Assembly: GCA_039928255.1 (NCBI GenBank)
Contig: JBDSTO010000073.1
Coordinates: forward strand, 1 to 56,760
Source of the DNA: Aestuariivirga sp.
Lineage (GTDB): Bacteria > Pseudomonadota > Alphaproteobacteria > Rhizobiales > Aestuariivirgaceae
Direction: 5' to 3'
DNA length: 56,760 nucleotides
The translations under genes and the position numbers were made by a program. Shown one piece after another: positions 1-9,304 of this stretch (the first letter of the stretch is position 1; every line of letters starts with the position of its first letter). The notes beneath the pieces are model-generated. The model was not told the DNA's origin, ran no database searches, and saw only the letters and a list, made by a program, of their open reading frames with translations.

Positions 1-1
1 A

Positions 2-187
2 AACCTTGTTGTAACCTATCAAAGAGAATGTTGAGGGGGTGGGCGGCATCAACGGAGAGCCAAAGATCGCCTTGCGTTCCTTGAACGAATTCATGATGAC
101 CAAGATAATTGGTGCCAAAGCTAACGCCGTGTAAGCGAGCAACACGACATGAATGGACAATGTGCTCGTGTGTTTGCGTAGATTCAT
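2..187 (-). CDS. Carbohydrate ABC transporter permease (MalG-like), N-terminal part; runs off window edge
   Basis: Manual translation from ATG at 187: MNLRKHTSTLSIHVVLLAYTALALAPIILVIMNSFKERKAIFGSPLMPP...; starts 1 nt after the upstream permease stop; TM helix plus NSFK motif typical of CUT1 permeases. Confidence 0.85.
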   Translation of the reverse strand, partial: MNLRKHTSTLSIHVVLLAYTALALAPIILVIMNSFKERKAIFGSPLMPPTPSTFSLIGYNKV

Positions 188-188
188 C

Positions 189-1139
189 TTAGAATGAATA
201 CCTTTGGATGCGGTGCTGGATGACAAAAAGGTAGACCATCAGGCCAATCAGGATAATCAGAAACATCAGGGTCGCAATCGTTGACCCCATCGACAAATTT
301 CCCAATTGCAATTGATTGCCAAAGAACGTGCGATAGAAAAGCGTACCCATGATGTCTGAAGAAAAATTAGGCCCGGCCAGCGCACCCTTCATTGCATAAA
401 TCAAATCAAATGCATTGAAGTTGGCAACGAAGGTCAAAACGGAAATAAGCCCAATTGCTGGGATGATCAGAGGAAGTTTTACCCAGAAGAATGTTTGGAA
501 TTGATTGAGCCCATCCACGGTCGCTGCGTCAACCAATTCGTCCGGGATGGCGAGAAGGGCCGTGTAGATCAGAATCATGGGGATGCCTACGAATTGCCAA
601 ACTGAAATCAGAGAAACAGTAATGAGGGCCGTCGATTCCTGGCCGAGCCATGGCGCAAACAGTGAGCCGAGACCTACAGTATGCAGCAGCATTTTTGAGA
701 TGCCCCAGAGCGGTGACAGGATAAGCTGCCAAGTGAAACCGATGATGACCACCGACAGCATCGTAGGCATGAAAATCAACGTGCGATAGGCTGCGCGGAA
801 TTTCAGGCGAGGCAAACTCAGAAGTGCTGCCAGCGCGATTCCGATTGGATTTTGTACGCACATATGAATGAGGAAAAACAAGACATTATTTTTCATCGCA
901 TTCCAAAACGAAACAGACCAGGTGCTGTCTGTCAAAAGGGTTTGGAAGTTTCCAAACCCATTGAACGTAGAGCTTCCGTCAGGCTGTTGCAGGTAAAGAG
1001 ATTCGAAAATGGTCGCTAACAGCGGATAGATCGAAAAGGCCGTATAGACGATTACGGCAGGTGCCAGAAAGAACGCCAGCAGGCGCAAATAGTTGGCGCG
1101 CGAAATTCCTACGAGAGCAGTGTCTGATCCATTCGCCAT
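189..1139 (-). CDS. Carbohydrate ABC transporter permease (MalF-like)
   Basis: Multiple TM helices, EAA-like loop (ELVDAATVDG), FNAFDLIYAM motif. Confidence 0.93.
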   Translation of the reverse strand: MANGSDTALVGISRANYLRLLAFFLAPAVIVYTAFSIYPLLATIFESLYLQQPDGSSTFNGFGNFQTLLTDSTWSVSFWNAMKNNVLFFLIHMCVQNPIGIALAALLSLPRLKFRAAYRTLIFMPTMLSVVIIGFTWQLILSPLWGISKMLLHTVGLGSLFAPWLGQESTALITVSLISVWQFVGIPMILIYTALLAIPDELVDAATVDGLNQFQTFFWVKLPLIIPAIGLISVLTFVANFNAFDLIYAMKGALAGPNFSSDIMGTLFYRTFFGNQLQLGNLSMGSTIATLMFLIILIGLMVYLFVIQHRIQRYSF

Positions 1140-1152
1140 CCCAGCTTCCCCG

Positions 1153-1188
1153 AAAAAAGGGCCGCCGACAATATCGTCGACGGCCCCT
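1153..1188 (-). terminator. GC stem-loop with T-tract after the substrate-binding protein gene (terminator/attenuator)
   Basis: Minus strand GGGCCGTCGAC-GATATT-GTCGGCGGCCC-TTTTTT between SBP stop (1202) and permease start (1139). Confidence 0.75.
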
Positions 1189-1201
1189 GATCATCATATC
1201 A

Positions 1202-2455
1202 TCATTGATGCGGCTTGTACCACTTCTTCAAACCATCTTCGAGCTGAGTGGCAGCTGCTTCTGGCTTCATGGTACCGTTCAGAACCTGTGCAGACACACT
1301 CCACATCTCGTTCTCAAGATTCGGCGTGCCCCGTGACAGGATTTGATAAGAGTTGCGGATCGTCGACTTGCATTCGCCGCGCCAGCTTACGAAGGTCTGG
1401 GCAACGTCATCATCGATTTTAACCTTGGAGTTGGAAAGCGGGAAGAACCCCGGCAGTGCGTTTGCGAATATGCCAGCAAATTCTTCCGAACCAATCCAAT
1501 CCAAGAACACTTTGGCGTCGGCTGCATTCGCGCTCTTGGCATTCATTCCGATGCCAATATCGGTGTGATCCGAGATGTAGCAATCTTTCGAGCCTGCTGG
1601 AGGAGGGGCCTTGAATGCACCCATGTTGACCTTCTGTCCCCGGAACGTGGAGATGTCCCACGAACCTGCAGCATAGATGGCGCCTTTGCCAAGACCAAAC
1701 AGGTTCTGGCTGTCTGGGTAGGTTTGGGCTTTATATCCATCGCCCATGTATGGCGACCATTTTGCAAGCTCCGCAAAGGTGTCGACATAAGCCTTGTCCG
1801 TCAGCTTGGCTTTACCTTCAATTAGGGCTTTGCGACCTTCTTCACCCTTCCAGTAGTTGGGGCCGATGTTTTGGAAGCCCATGGTGGCTGCTTCCCATTG
1901 GTCGTTTGTGCCCAAAACCAAGGGAACATATTTGCCATCTTTCTTGATGGCCTCAAGAGTTGCCATGAACTCTTCTTCAGTTTTTGGTTCGGTGAGCTTC
2001 AGTTCAGCAAAGATGTCCTTGTTGTAGATGAAGCCGTGAATGACTGAGCCCATCGGGACGCAGAATGTCGTTTTTCCATCATCTGTCGTCCAAGCGCTCT
2101 TGGCCACATTAGAAAAATTCTTCATATTTGGAAGATCGTTCAAGCTGGCCAGGTTGCCTTTGTTGAAGAGGCCCAGCGAAGCGTCGAATGGGCGGCACGT
2201 GATGATGTCGCCCGCTGTTCCGCCAGCCAGTTTCGCATTGAGGGCAGCGTCATATTCCTTCGGCGCCGTTGGCGTAAATTCAACGGAGATGTCTGGGTGT
2301 TTGGCCATGAAAGCTGGAATGATCTTGTCTTTCCAAATGGCAGCATCGTCGTTGCGCCAGCTTTCGATGGTCAACTTCCCCGCAGAAGCGGCGGTCGCGC
2401 AGGCAGTCACCGCAACGGCGGCCAGCAGCAACGTTTTCAAACTTGTTTTCAACAT
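1202..2455 (-). CDS. Sugar ABC transporter substrate-binding protein
   Basis: Start re-assigned to ATG 2455 (MLKTSLKTLLLAAVAVTACATAASA signal peptide; AGGAGAAGGA upstream); SBP family 1 features. Confidence 0.92.
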   Translation of the reverse strand: MLKTSLKTLLLAAVAVTACATAASAGKLTIESWRNDDAAIWKDKIIPAFMAKHPDISVEFTPTAPKEYDAALNAKLAGGTAGDIITCRPFDASLGLFNKGNLASLNDLPNMKNFSNVAKSAWTTDDGKTTFCVPMGSVIHGFIYNKDIFAELKLTEPKTEEEFMATLEAIKKDGKYVPLVLGTNDQWEAATMGFQNIGPNYWKGEEGRKALIEGKAKLTDKAYVDTFAELAKWSPYMGDGYKAQTYPDSQNLFGLGKGAIYAAGSWDISTFRGQKVNMGAFKAPPPAGSKDCYISDHTDIGIGMNAKSANAADAKVFLDWIGSEEFAGIFANALPGFFPLSNSKVKIDDDVAQTFVSWRGECKSTIRNSYQILSRGTPNLENEMWSVSAQVLNGTMKPEAAATQLEDGLKKWYKPHQ

Positions 2456-2487
2456 TTCCTTCTCCTGTTTTTTATCATTTATAGCAC

Positions 2488-3393
2488 TTAAGTTTGGGGA
2501 TGCTTCAGTTGCGCCAGTGCCAGACGCAAATTTCCCTTGGTTTTTTCGAGCAGGATTTGTGCCGATGCAAGATCCGCCGCCCCCGCGCACAATAGAACAG
2601 CCGGTTTCACGACAGAGCCAGACCTGTGCAGCGCCTGGGACGCCTCTTCCAGTGGGGCGCCGGATATTTTGGCGATCATTTCTGCAGCACGGTGTTGGAG
2701 TTTTGCATTACCGGCCTGTACATTGACCATCATCCCGTCATGGACAGCGCCCAAACGAATATGAACCAGCGTTGAGAGCATATTCAGTGCAGCCTTTTGT
2801 GCGGTGCCTGCCCCCATGCGCGTTGATCCGGCGATAACTTCCGGGCCACTATTCAGCACGATCTCGACGTCCCCCGAGGCTCCAAGGGGCGTGTCGGGAT
2901 TGTTGACCACGGAAATTACAAAGACGCCCTTTGCCTTGGCGGCTTTCGCTGCTGCAACTGTGTATGGCGTTCGACCAGAGGCGGCAATTGCGACCAGAGT
3001 GTCAGCGGCATTAAGCTGTTCGGTATCACTCTTTCCTGCTTCCGCGTCATCTTCGGCATCGGCTAGCGTTTCAAATATTGCGGCCCTGCCGCCAGCTATG
3101 AGGTAGATGATTTTGTCTTCGGCCACACCAAATGTGGCGGGAAGCTCGCTCCCGTCTTGGACGGCGATCCGGATTGATGTGCCAGCGCCCGCGTAGGCAA
3201 GCCTACCACCCATAGCTAACCTCGCAGACAAGGCATTTGCAGCCTTTTCGATCTGCGGAATGGCTGTCTTCACAGCGATGATCGCGCGTTCTTGGCCAGC
3301 AATAAGGGCGTTGAGAATTTTAACGCTTCCCCATGTGTCGATGCCGAATGAACTATCAATCGATTGTTCAGTTGCGCGTAAACTCTTATCCAT
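2488..3393 (-). CDS. murQ: N-acetylmuramic acid 6-phosphate etherase
   Basis: GAGTS, DGSELPATFG, AEDD, AASGRTPY, GPEVIAGSTRMGAGTAQK motifs; start taken at ATG 3393. Confidence 0.92.
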   Translation of the reverse strand: MDKSLRATEQSIDSSFGIDTWGSVKILNALIAGQERAIIAVKTAIPQIEKAANALSARLAMGGRLAYAGAGTSIRIAVQDGSELPATFGVAEDKIIYLIAGGRAAIFETLADAEDDAEAGKSDTEQLNAADTLVAIAASGRTPYTVAAAKAAKAKGVFVISVVNNPDTPLGASGDVEIVLNSGPEVIAGSTRMGAGTAQKAALNMLSTLVHIRLGAVHDGMMVNVQAGNAKLQHRAAEMIAKISGAPLEEASQALHRSGSVVKPAVLLCAGAADLASAQILLEKTKGNLRLALAQLKHPQT

Positions 3394-3400
3394 CAATTGA

Positions 3401-3420
3401 CAATACCAAATAAGAACCAA
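3401..3420 (-). promoter_or_regulatory. Putative GntR (NagQ-type) operator, tandem TGGT(A/T) repeats facing murQ
   Basis: Minus strand TTGGTTCTTATTTGGTATTG; 11-bp periodic repeat mirrored at 3501-3520. Confidence 0.6.
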
Positions 3421-3500
3421 TTGTCTACCACAAAATTAACTTCTATATTATTGCGCTTTTACTCACACAATTTCCGGTAAATTAATAAAACACTTTCAAT

Positions 3501-3520
3501 TTGGTATGAGTTTGGTATTG
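3501..3520 (+). promoter_or_regulatory. Putative GntR (NagQ-type) operator facing the kinase operon
   Basis: TTGGTATGAGTTTGGTATTG, TGGTAT repeated at 11 bp, just upstream of ATG 3529. Confidence 0.65.
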
Positions 3521-3528
3521 TAGCGGAC

Positions 3529-4413
3529 ATGAGTTCGAATGCAAAATATTTTTTGGGAATAGACGGGGGTGGCAGCCGTTGTCGGGCGCGAATTCGAAGC
3601 GTTGATGGGGCATTGCTCGCAGAAAGCATTGGCGGCTCGTCCAATATGTATCAAGATTTTGAAGGTGCGTTGCAAACGATAGTTGCCACTGCCGCTGCGG
3701 CCGCCTCAAAGGTTGGACTTCAAACCAATGATTTGCATGCTGGCGTGGGTCTTGCTGGCATCGTTTCGGCAGACGGTGCCGACCGCATAGCCGCGGCCCA
3801 CCTCCCATTCGCTTCTTTGACGGTAGACAATGATGCTTATGCCGCTTGTCTTGGCGCGTTTGGCGGAGGTGATGGCGGCATTGTTATTGCCGGTACGGGA
3901 TCAATTGGATTCGCCTTGGTCGGTGGTCAGCGTCATGTGGTTGGAGGCTTGGGTTTTGCGTTGGGCGATCATGGTTCTGGTGCGTGGACCGGCCACCATG
4001 CCGTGCGCCGCGCGGCCTTGGCAATTGATGGGTTGTTGCAGCCAACACCTTTGATAGAGGCCGTTCTTGCAAGGGTGGGCCGAACCCGTTCTCAGGTGTC
4101 TCGCTGGTCAGAACAAGCCACACCTAAAGATTATGGCCAGATGGCACCGCTGGTTTTCGAAGCCGCCACGAAAGGTGATGTGGTTGGGATGACGATTTTA
4201 ATTGAAGGCGCGCATGCCATTTCAACACTGGCACGAGCGCTGTTGTCGCGTGGGGCGGGGCGTGTCTGCCTGTTGGGCGGTTTGAGCGGTGTTTATCCGC
4301 CTTATCTCGATGCAGACGTAATAAGGGCCTTGGTACCACCTCTGGCAGATGCGATGGACGGGGCTATCATGATGGCACGGCGCGCCCAAGGCCTGACGGA
4401 GCGCTGGTCATGA
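3529..4413 (+). CDS. BadF/BadG/BcrA/BcrD-family N-acetylglucosamine kinase
   Basis: LGIDGGGSRCR, VDNDAYAA, IAGTGSI, GDHGSG motifs; nag context. Confidence 0.88.
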   Translation: MSSNAKYFLGIDGGGSRCRARIRSVDGALLAESIGGSSNMYQDFEGALQTIVATAAAAASKVGLQTNDLHAGVGLAGIVSADGADRIAAAHLPFASLTVDNDAYAACLGAFGGGDGGIVIAGTGSIGFALVGGQRHVVGGLGFALGDHGSGAWTGHHAVRRAALAIDGLLQPTPLIEAVLARVGRTRSQVSRWSEQATPKDYGQMAPLVFEAATKGDVVGMTILIEGAHAISTLARALLSRGAGRVCLLGGLSGVYPPYLDADVIRALVPPLADAMDGAIMMARRAQGLTERWS

Positions 4414-5177
4414 GCCATGCCCAAAAGATATTTGTCCCCAGCCGTTTTGAGCTCAGTGGCAGTGCACCCCTTTATGCGCGGCTTAAAAATTTGGTGCAGC
4501 AGTCAATCGCATCAGGCGAGTTGAAAGCGGGGGACTTTATCCCTGCTGAACGCAACGTCGCCGAAATGCTTTCGATTTCACGGGTTACAGTTCGTAAAGC
4601 TTTCCAGGAATTGGTATCGGAAGGTGTCTTGGTGCAAAAGCGCGGGTCCGGAACGCACGTCAATGGACCAAATCGCAGAATCGAACAGCCACTTTCGAGA
4701 CTTACCAGCTTTACCCAAGACATGCAGTTGCGTGGCATCAGCACCGATGCGGATTGGTTGAGCCGGGTTTCGGGATTGCCAACACCAGAAGAAGCTTTGA
4801 AACTTTCAATATCGCCGAGCGAACTTGTGTCGCGTTTGCATCGCCTTCGTCGTGCCGACGGTATTCCCCTGGCTATTGAAAATGCAGTTATTCCAAACAA
4901 ATTTTTGCCCGATCCAAAATCTGTCGAAGGTTCGTTGTATGCGGCTTTGGATGCAAAGGGGTTGAAGCCGGTGCGGGCGTTGCAACGCCTTCACGCTTCG
5001 GCTTTGAATTCTACTGACGCCAAATTATTGGACCTTCCGACTGGAACTCCTGCTCTCTTCATTGAGAGAATTTCCTATCTGAGTGATGGCAGGGCGGTGG
5101 AATACACGCGTTCAAGCTACCGCGGAGACTCCTATGACTTCGTGGCCGAGCTTACTATTGCTCACGAGGCCAAATGA
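4410..5177 (+). CDS. GntR/HutC-family transcriptional regulator (NagQ/NagR-like)
   Basis: wHTH IPAERNVAEMLSISRVTVRKA...GSGT; C-terminal UTRA domain. Confidence 0.92.
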   Translation: MSHAQKIFVPSRFELSGSAPLYARLKNLVQQSIASGELKAGDFIPAERNVAEMLSISRVTVRKAFQELVSEGVLVQKRGSGTHVNGPNRRIEQPLSRLTSFTQDMQLRGISTDADWLSRVSGLPTPEEALKLSISPSELVSRLHRLRRADGIPLAIENAVIPNKFLPDPKSVEGSLYAALDAKGLKPVRALQRLHASALNSTDAKLLDLPTGTPALFIERISYLSDGRAVEYTRSSYRGDSYDFVAELTIAHEAK

Positions 5178-6181
5178 TGAGTCATATGGCACGTGAAGCA
5201 GCCGAGGCCCCTGAAGCTGTTGCCCGATTTTTGAAGCAAAACCAGTTGGGGCTGATCGAATTTGGCAAGAGAATGCGTGCAGCGCCTCCTCGCGTCATTA
5301 TTACCTCTGCGCGTGGCAGTTCAGATAACGCTGCTGGCTACTTCAAATATCTGACTGAAATCCTGACGGGGACGCCGTGTTGTTCAATTGGGGCTTCGGT
5401 GGTTTCCGTCTATGGTGCCAAACTCCAAGTCGGCGGCGGACTTTGTCTCACCATTTCTCAATCGGGAAAGAGCCCGGACATTGTGGCACTGCAGGATGCG
5501 GCACGAATGGCAGGCGCTTTGACCGTGGCACTGGTCAATGTTGAGGGATCACCAGCTGCTGAAAGTGCGGATATGTTTTTCCCCTTGTGCGCCGGTCTTG
5601 AGCAAAGCGTGGCGGCTACAAAGTCATTGATCGTTTCCCTGGCCGCTGGTGCGGCCATGGTGGCGCATTGGCTTGATCGATCCGACTTGCTCGATGCGGT
5701 TCGGGCCTTGCCTGATGTTTTATTCAAAGCGACAACAATTGAATGGCCTGAAGCGCTGGCTTTGTCAGATGGTGCAGAGTCGCTCTATGTCTTGGGCAGG
5801 GGACCTGCCTTTCCCATCGCTGCTGAAACAGCATTGAAGTTAAAGGAGACCTGTTCCATTCACGCTGAATCTTATTCGGTGGCGGAAGTTATGCACGGTC
5901 CACTGGAGCTTCTGGGCAAAGGTTTTCCGGTGCTCGTCTATTCCCCCGACGATCAATCGCGCGAAACTACGCACGCTGCCGTGGCGAAGATGCGGGCAAC
6001 AGGTGCGGAAGTGAGGGTAGTGGGCGCAGGGGGCTTGTCCTATGTACGAACCGGCAACGCCTTGCTTGATCCCATTTCCATGATTCAGACGTCTTACCGA
6101 TTTGTGGAGGAGACCGCACAGAGGCTTGGTCGTGATCCAGACCGGCCTCGCCTGTTGAAAAAAGTTACGGAGACAGTGTGA
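5174..6181 (+). CDS. SIS-domain glucosamine-6-phosphate deaminase (NagB-II type)
   Basis: ARGSSDNA, ISQSGKSPD, VAATKS, ETALKLKE, HGP, LKKVTETV motifs. Confidence 0.88.
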   Translation: MMSHMAREAAEAPEAVARFLKQNQLGLIEFGKRMRAAPPRVIITSARGSSDNAAGYFKYLTEILTGTPCCSIGASVVSVYGAKLQVGGGLCLTISQSGKSPDIVALQDAARMAGALTVALVNVEGSPAAESADMFFPLCAGLEQSVAATKSLIVSLAAGAAMVAHWLDRSDLLDAVRALPDVLFKATTIEWPEALALSDGAESLYVLGRGPAFPIAAETALKLKETCSIHAESYSVAEVMHGPLELLGKGFPVLVYSPDDQSRETTHAAVAKMRATGAEVRVVGAGGLSYVRTGNALLDPISMIQTSYRFVEETAQRLGRDPDRPRLLKKVTETV

Positions 6182-7308
6182 TGGCATTCGCACTGAAGGC
6201 AGCAAGATTGTTTGACGGAACCTCCGTGCACGAAAACATGGCCGTCATCATCGAAGGTATCAGGATCGCCGAGGTTTTACCCGCCGCCAAATTATCCAAG
6301 AGCATGAAAATTGAAGACTTGGGCGAGGGGCTGCTAGCCCCTGGTTTCATTGACGTGCAGGTCAATGGTGGGGGCGGCGCATTCATGAATGACAATCCGA
6401 CACTGGGAACGGTAGCGACGATCGCAGAGTCCCATCGGCGTTTTGGCACCACAGGGCTTTTACCCACGGTGATCACCGATGATCCCAAAATTACGGATTT
6501 GGCTGTCGCTGCCGTTCAAGCTGCGGTTGATGGCAATTTTCCGGGAGTTTTGGGCATTCACCTGGAAGGTCCATTTCTCGATCCTTCCCGCAAAGGCGCG
6601 CATCCCGCAAGTTTCATTCGCGCCATCACCGATGCCGATGTGAAGCGCATTGTCGGGCTTGAATGTGGTGTGGTGATGATGACGCTCGCGCCCAATAAAG
6701 TTGCTGCAGAATTTATTGAAGAACTGTCGCGCCACGGCATTTTGATCAGTCTGGGACATGCGGAAGCCACCGTTCCCGAAGTCCGGCGGGCTCTCGGGGC
6801 AGGTGCTCGCGCGTTCACACATATCTATAATGCCATGAGTCAATTGAATGGGCGCGGGCCTGGAATGGTTGGCGTGGGCTTAAGCGATGCAGAGAGTTTT
6901 TGTGGCGTGATCGTTGATGGTTTGCATGTTGATGACATAGCCCTGAAAATTCTGTTTGCGACCAAACCTCCTTCTCGCATCATGTTGATTACCGATGCGA
7001 TGCCGCCTGCCGCCGGAGGACCCGACAGTTTTACGCTTCAAGGCCGGGTCGCGCGTCGCATCGGGAGCAGTCTCGAACTGGAGGATGGCACTTTGGCGGG
7101 CTCAATCGTGACAATGGACGAGGCCGTGAGAAGAAGTGTGCAACTCGGTGTGAGGATCGACGATGCCTTGCGCATGGCATCCGCGGTACCCGCAGAATTC
7201 CTGAGGAAAAACGATGAGTTGGGTCATATCAAAGTTGGATTTAAAGCGAGTCTCGTTCATTTAACGAATGACCTGCGAGTCAACAAAACCTGGATTGATG
7301 GGCTATGA
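6178..7308 (+). CDS. nagA: N-acetylglucosamine-6-phosphate deacetylase
   Basis: PGFIDVQVNG, HLEGPF, KGAHP, THIYNAMS, ITDAM, LAGS motifs. Confidence 0.95.
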   Translation: MMAFALKAARLFDGTSVHENMAVIIEGIRIAEVLPAAKLSKSMKIEDLGEGLLAPGFIDVQVNGGGGAFMNDNPTLGTVATIAESHRRFGTTGLLPTVITDDPKITDLAVAAVQAAVDGNFPGVLGIHLEGPFLDPSRKGAHPASFIRAITDADVKRIVGLECGVVMMTLAPNKVAAEFIEELSRHGILISLGHAEATVPEVRRALGAGARAFTHIYNAMSQLNGRGPGMVGVGLSDAESFCGVIVDGLHVDDIALKILFATKPPSRIMLITDAMPPAAGGPDSFTLQGRVARRIGSSLELEDGTLAGSIVTMDEAVRRSVQLGVRIDDALRMASAVPAEFLRKNDELGHIKVGFKASLVHLTNDLRVNKTWIDGL

Positions 7309-8369
7309 AAAAAATCAAGGTGCTGGTTGTCGGGCTTGGCAACATGGGCATGAGCCATGCGCGCGCCTATCAGGCTATTTCGGAATTTGAAATTGTGGGC
7401 CTGTGTAGCCGAGGCATCGAATCCCGACTGGATTTGAAAAAGGAATTTCCAGGAGTTCCTCTCTTCTCGGACTATGCGAGCGCAATCGGCATTTTGAAAC
7501 CTGATGCCGTTTCCATCAATACATGGCCTGATACTCATGCGGCTTATGCGAAACTGGCATTAAGAGCTGGCTGTCATGTTTTTATTGAAAAACCCCTAGC
7601 GGGCACGGTCGAAGAGGCGCGTGAAATTGCGGCACTGGCAAAGGGAGCCAATCTAAAATTGGTGATCGGCTATATTTTGCGTGTACATCCTTCGTGGATC
7701 AAATTCGTGGAACTGGGCAAAGGCTTGGGCAAGCCGCTCGTTATGCGGATGAACCTCAATCAACAATCATCAGGCGAGCAATGGCAAGTGCACAAGCACT
7801 TGATGAATTCAATTTCCCCTCTTGTTGATTGTGGCGTGCACTATGTTGATGTGATGTGCCAGGTTACGGGTGCCAAACCGGTTAGAGTTCATGCCATGGG
7901 TGTTCGATTGACGCCTGAAATCAAAGACACCATGTATAATTATGGCCAACTTCAAGTCACTTTTGATGATGGTTCAATCGGCTGGTATGAGGCCGGTTGG
8001 GGACCAATGATGAGCGAGACGGCGTTTTTCGTCAAAGACATGATTGGACCAAAAGGGTCGGTGTCGATCGTCATGGATGAATCCAAGACCTCATCGTCCG
8101 ATGTTGATAGTCATACAAGAACGAATTCGCTGCGCGTTCATCATGCCAAGCTGAATGATCGAGGCTCTTTTGCAGCGACCGATGATATTCTCCACATGAG
8201 CGAAGAGCCTGGCCACCAAGATCTGTGCAATCGTGAGCAGGAAAATTTCCGCGACATTATTTTGCAAGACCGCGATGTGACCGAGCACGTCAATGATGCT
8301 ATCAACTCGTTGCGAATTGTTTTGGCCGCTGATGAAAGCATTCGAACCGGGCAAGTGGTCGCATTGTAG
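7305..8369 (+). CDS. Gfo/Idh/MocA-family NAD(P)-dependent oxidoreductase
   Basis: VVGLGNMG Rossmann motif, EKPLA, DCGVHYVD. Confidence 0.9.
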   Translation: MKKIKVLVVGLGNMGMSHARAYQAISEFEIVGLCSRGIESRLDLKKEFPGVPLFSDYASAIGILKPDAVSINTWPDTHAAYAKLALRAGCHVFIEKPLAGTVEEAREIAALAKGANLKLVIGYILRVHPSWIKFVELGKGLGKPLVMRMNLNQQSSGEQWQVHKHLMNSISPLVDCGVHYVDVMCQVTGAKPVRVHAMGVRLTPEIKDTMYNYGQLQVTFDDGSIGWYEAGWGPMMSETAFFVKDMIGPKGSVSIVMDESKTSSSDVDSHTRTNSLRVHHAKLNDRGSFAATDDILHMSEEPGHQDLCNREQENFRDIILQDRDVTEHVNDAINSLRIVLAADESIRTGQVVAL

Positions 8370-8432
8370 GGATGAGTGTCGTGTCTTGGCCCAGGAGGCA
8401 TCTGGTTTTTGAATTCATAAAATGCAGGGAGC

Positions 8433-8852
8433 TTAGGTTGAGGCGCCGCCCATGCCGGGGGAGAGGATCAGATCGCGTTCCGGAGAATCGGTGGACCCCG
8501 TCGCGTCCGACGCCACTTTGCCCAACATGGTCTTAAGCTCCTGGATGTGTTCCTGAATCCGGATGTATCGGACCTGCAATTCTTCAAGATGCTTGGCCAA
8601 CAAATCGCGGGCAAAGGAACTGATGTTGCCGGTGAGTGAAAGCGATTCCTGATCCTTCAGGAGTTCTCTAATTCTGGCAATTGGCACATCGAAAGCGCGC
8701 AATTGCTTGATGAGGCGCAGCCGTTCCAATTCCGGCGTTCGATAGATTCGCATCCTGCCGTGACGCCTGGGCGTCACCAGCTTTGCCCGCTCATAAAATC
8801 TTATCGTCTTTGGTTCCAAGCCAGACAAAGCCGCGACTTCGCTGATCAGCAT
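8433..8852 (-). CDS. MerR-family transcriptional regulator (no Cys residues)
   Basis: MLISEVAALSGLEPKTIRFYE...RIY HTH, coiled-coil C-terminus; ATG at 8852. Confidence 0.9.
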   Translation of the reverse strand: MLISEVAALSGLEPKTIRFYERAKLVTPRRHGRMRIYRTPELERLRLIKQLRAFDVPIARIRELLKDQESLSLTGNISSFARDLLAKHLEELQVRYIRIQEHIQELKTMLGKVASDATGSTDSPERDLILSPGMGGAST

Positions 8853-9203
8853 TATGTCCAAGATTTACCCCGCCCCAATTTCTGCATCCCCTAGCCAGCT
8901 CAAAAACGTTCCGAGCAGCTACCCCCAACCATCACTAATCAGTGCTCCTGCCACCAGCAATTCCCGGTCGCCGATCATTTCACGACATCTAATCCATACT
9001 GTAAATTGTAGTGTGCACAAGTATATAGTTGGGTGATCTGGTGCAAGGTTGAACTTTAACTATCAGTTGGTCCAGTACTAAACCTAGTTTAATTGTTGCA
9101 ACCTGGTTGAGGGTCTAAATATCTTTTAAATTATTAATATGGAGTATTGTAATACCCTAGGTGTATCGATAACAACTTGATTACAAACACATATTTTGAT
9201 CAA

Positions 9204-9219
9204 TTAAGTAGTTGTTAAC
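9204..9219 (+). promoter_or_regulatory. CtrA binding box upstream of the flagellar regulator
   Basis: TTAA-GTAGTTG-TTAAC, perfect TTAA-N7-TTAAC, immediately followed by TATAAT. Confidence 0.75.
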
Positions 9220-9304
9220 TATAATGGCAGCAAATTGTCCGTGAGGTTGAACCGGGTTGTCCCGAGTTGCCGCGAAATAAAATATCGAAGAACGGAGCTG
9301 CCAA

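Noticed and set aside
2456-2590. N-terminal extension of the SBP ORF (462 aa)
   Set aside because: Overlaps murQ; signal peptide and RBS point to ATG 2455
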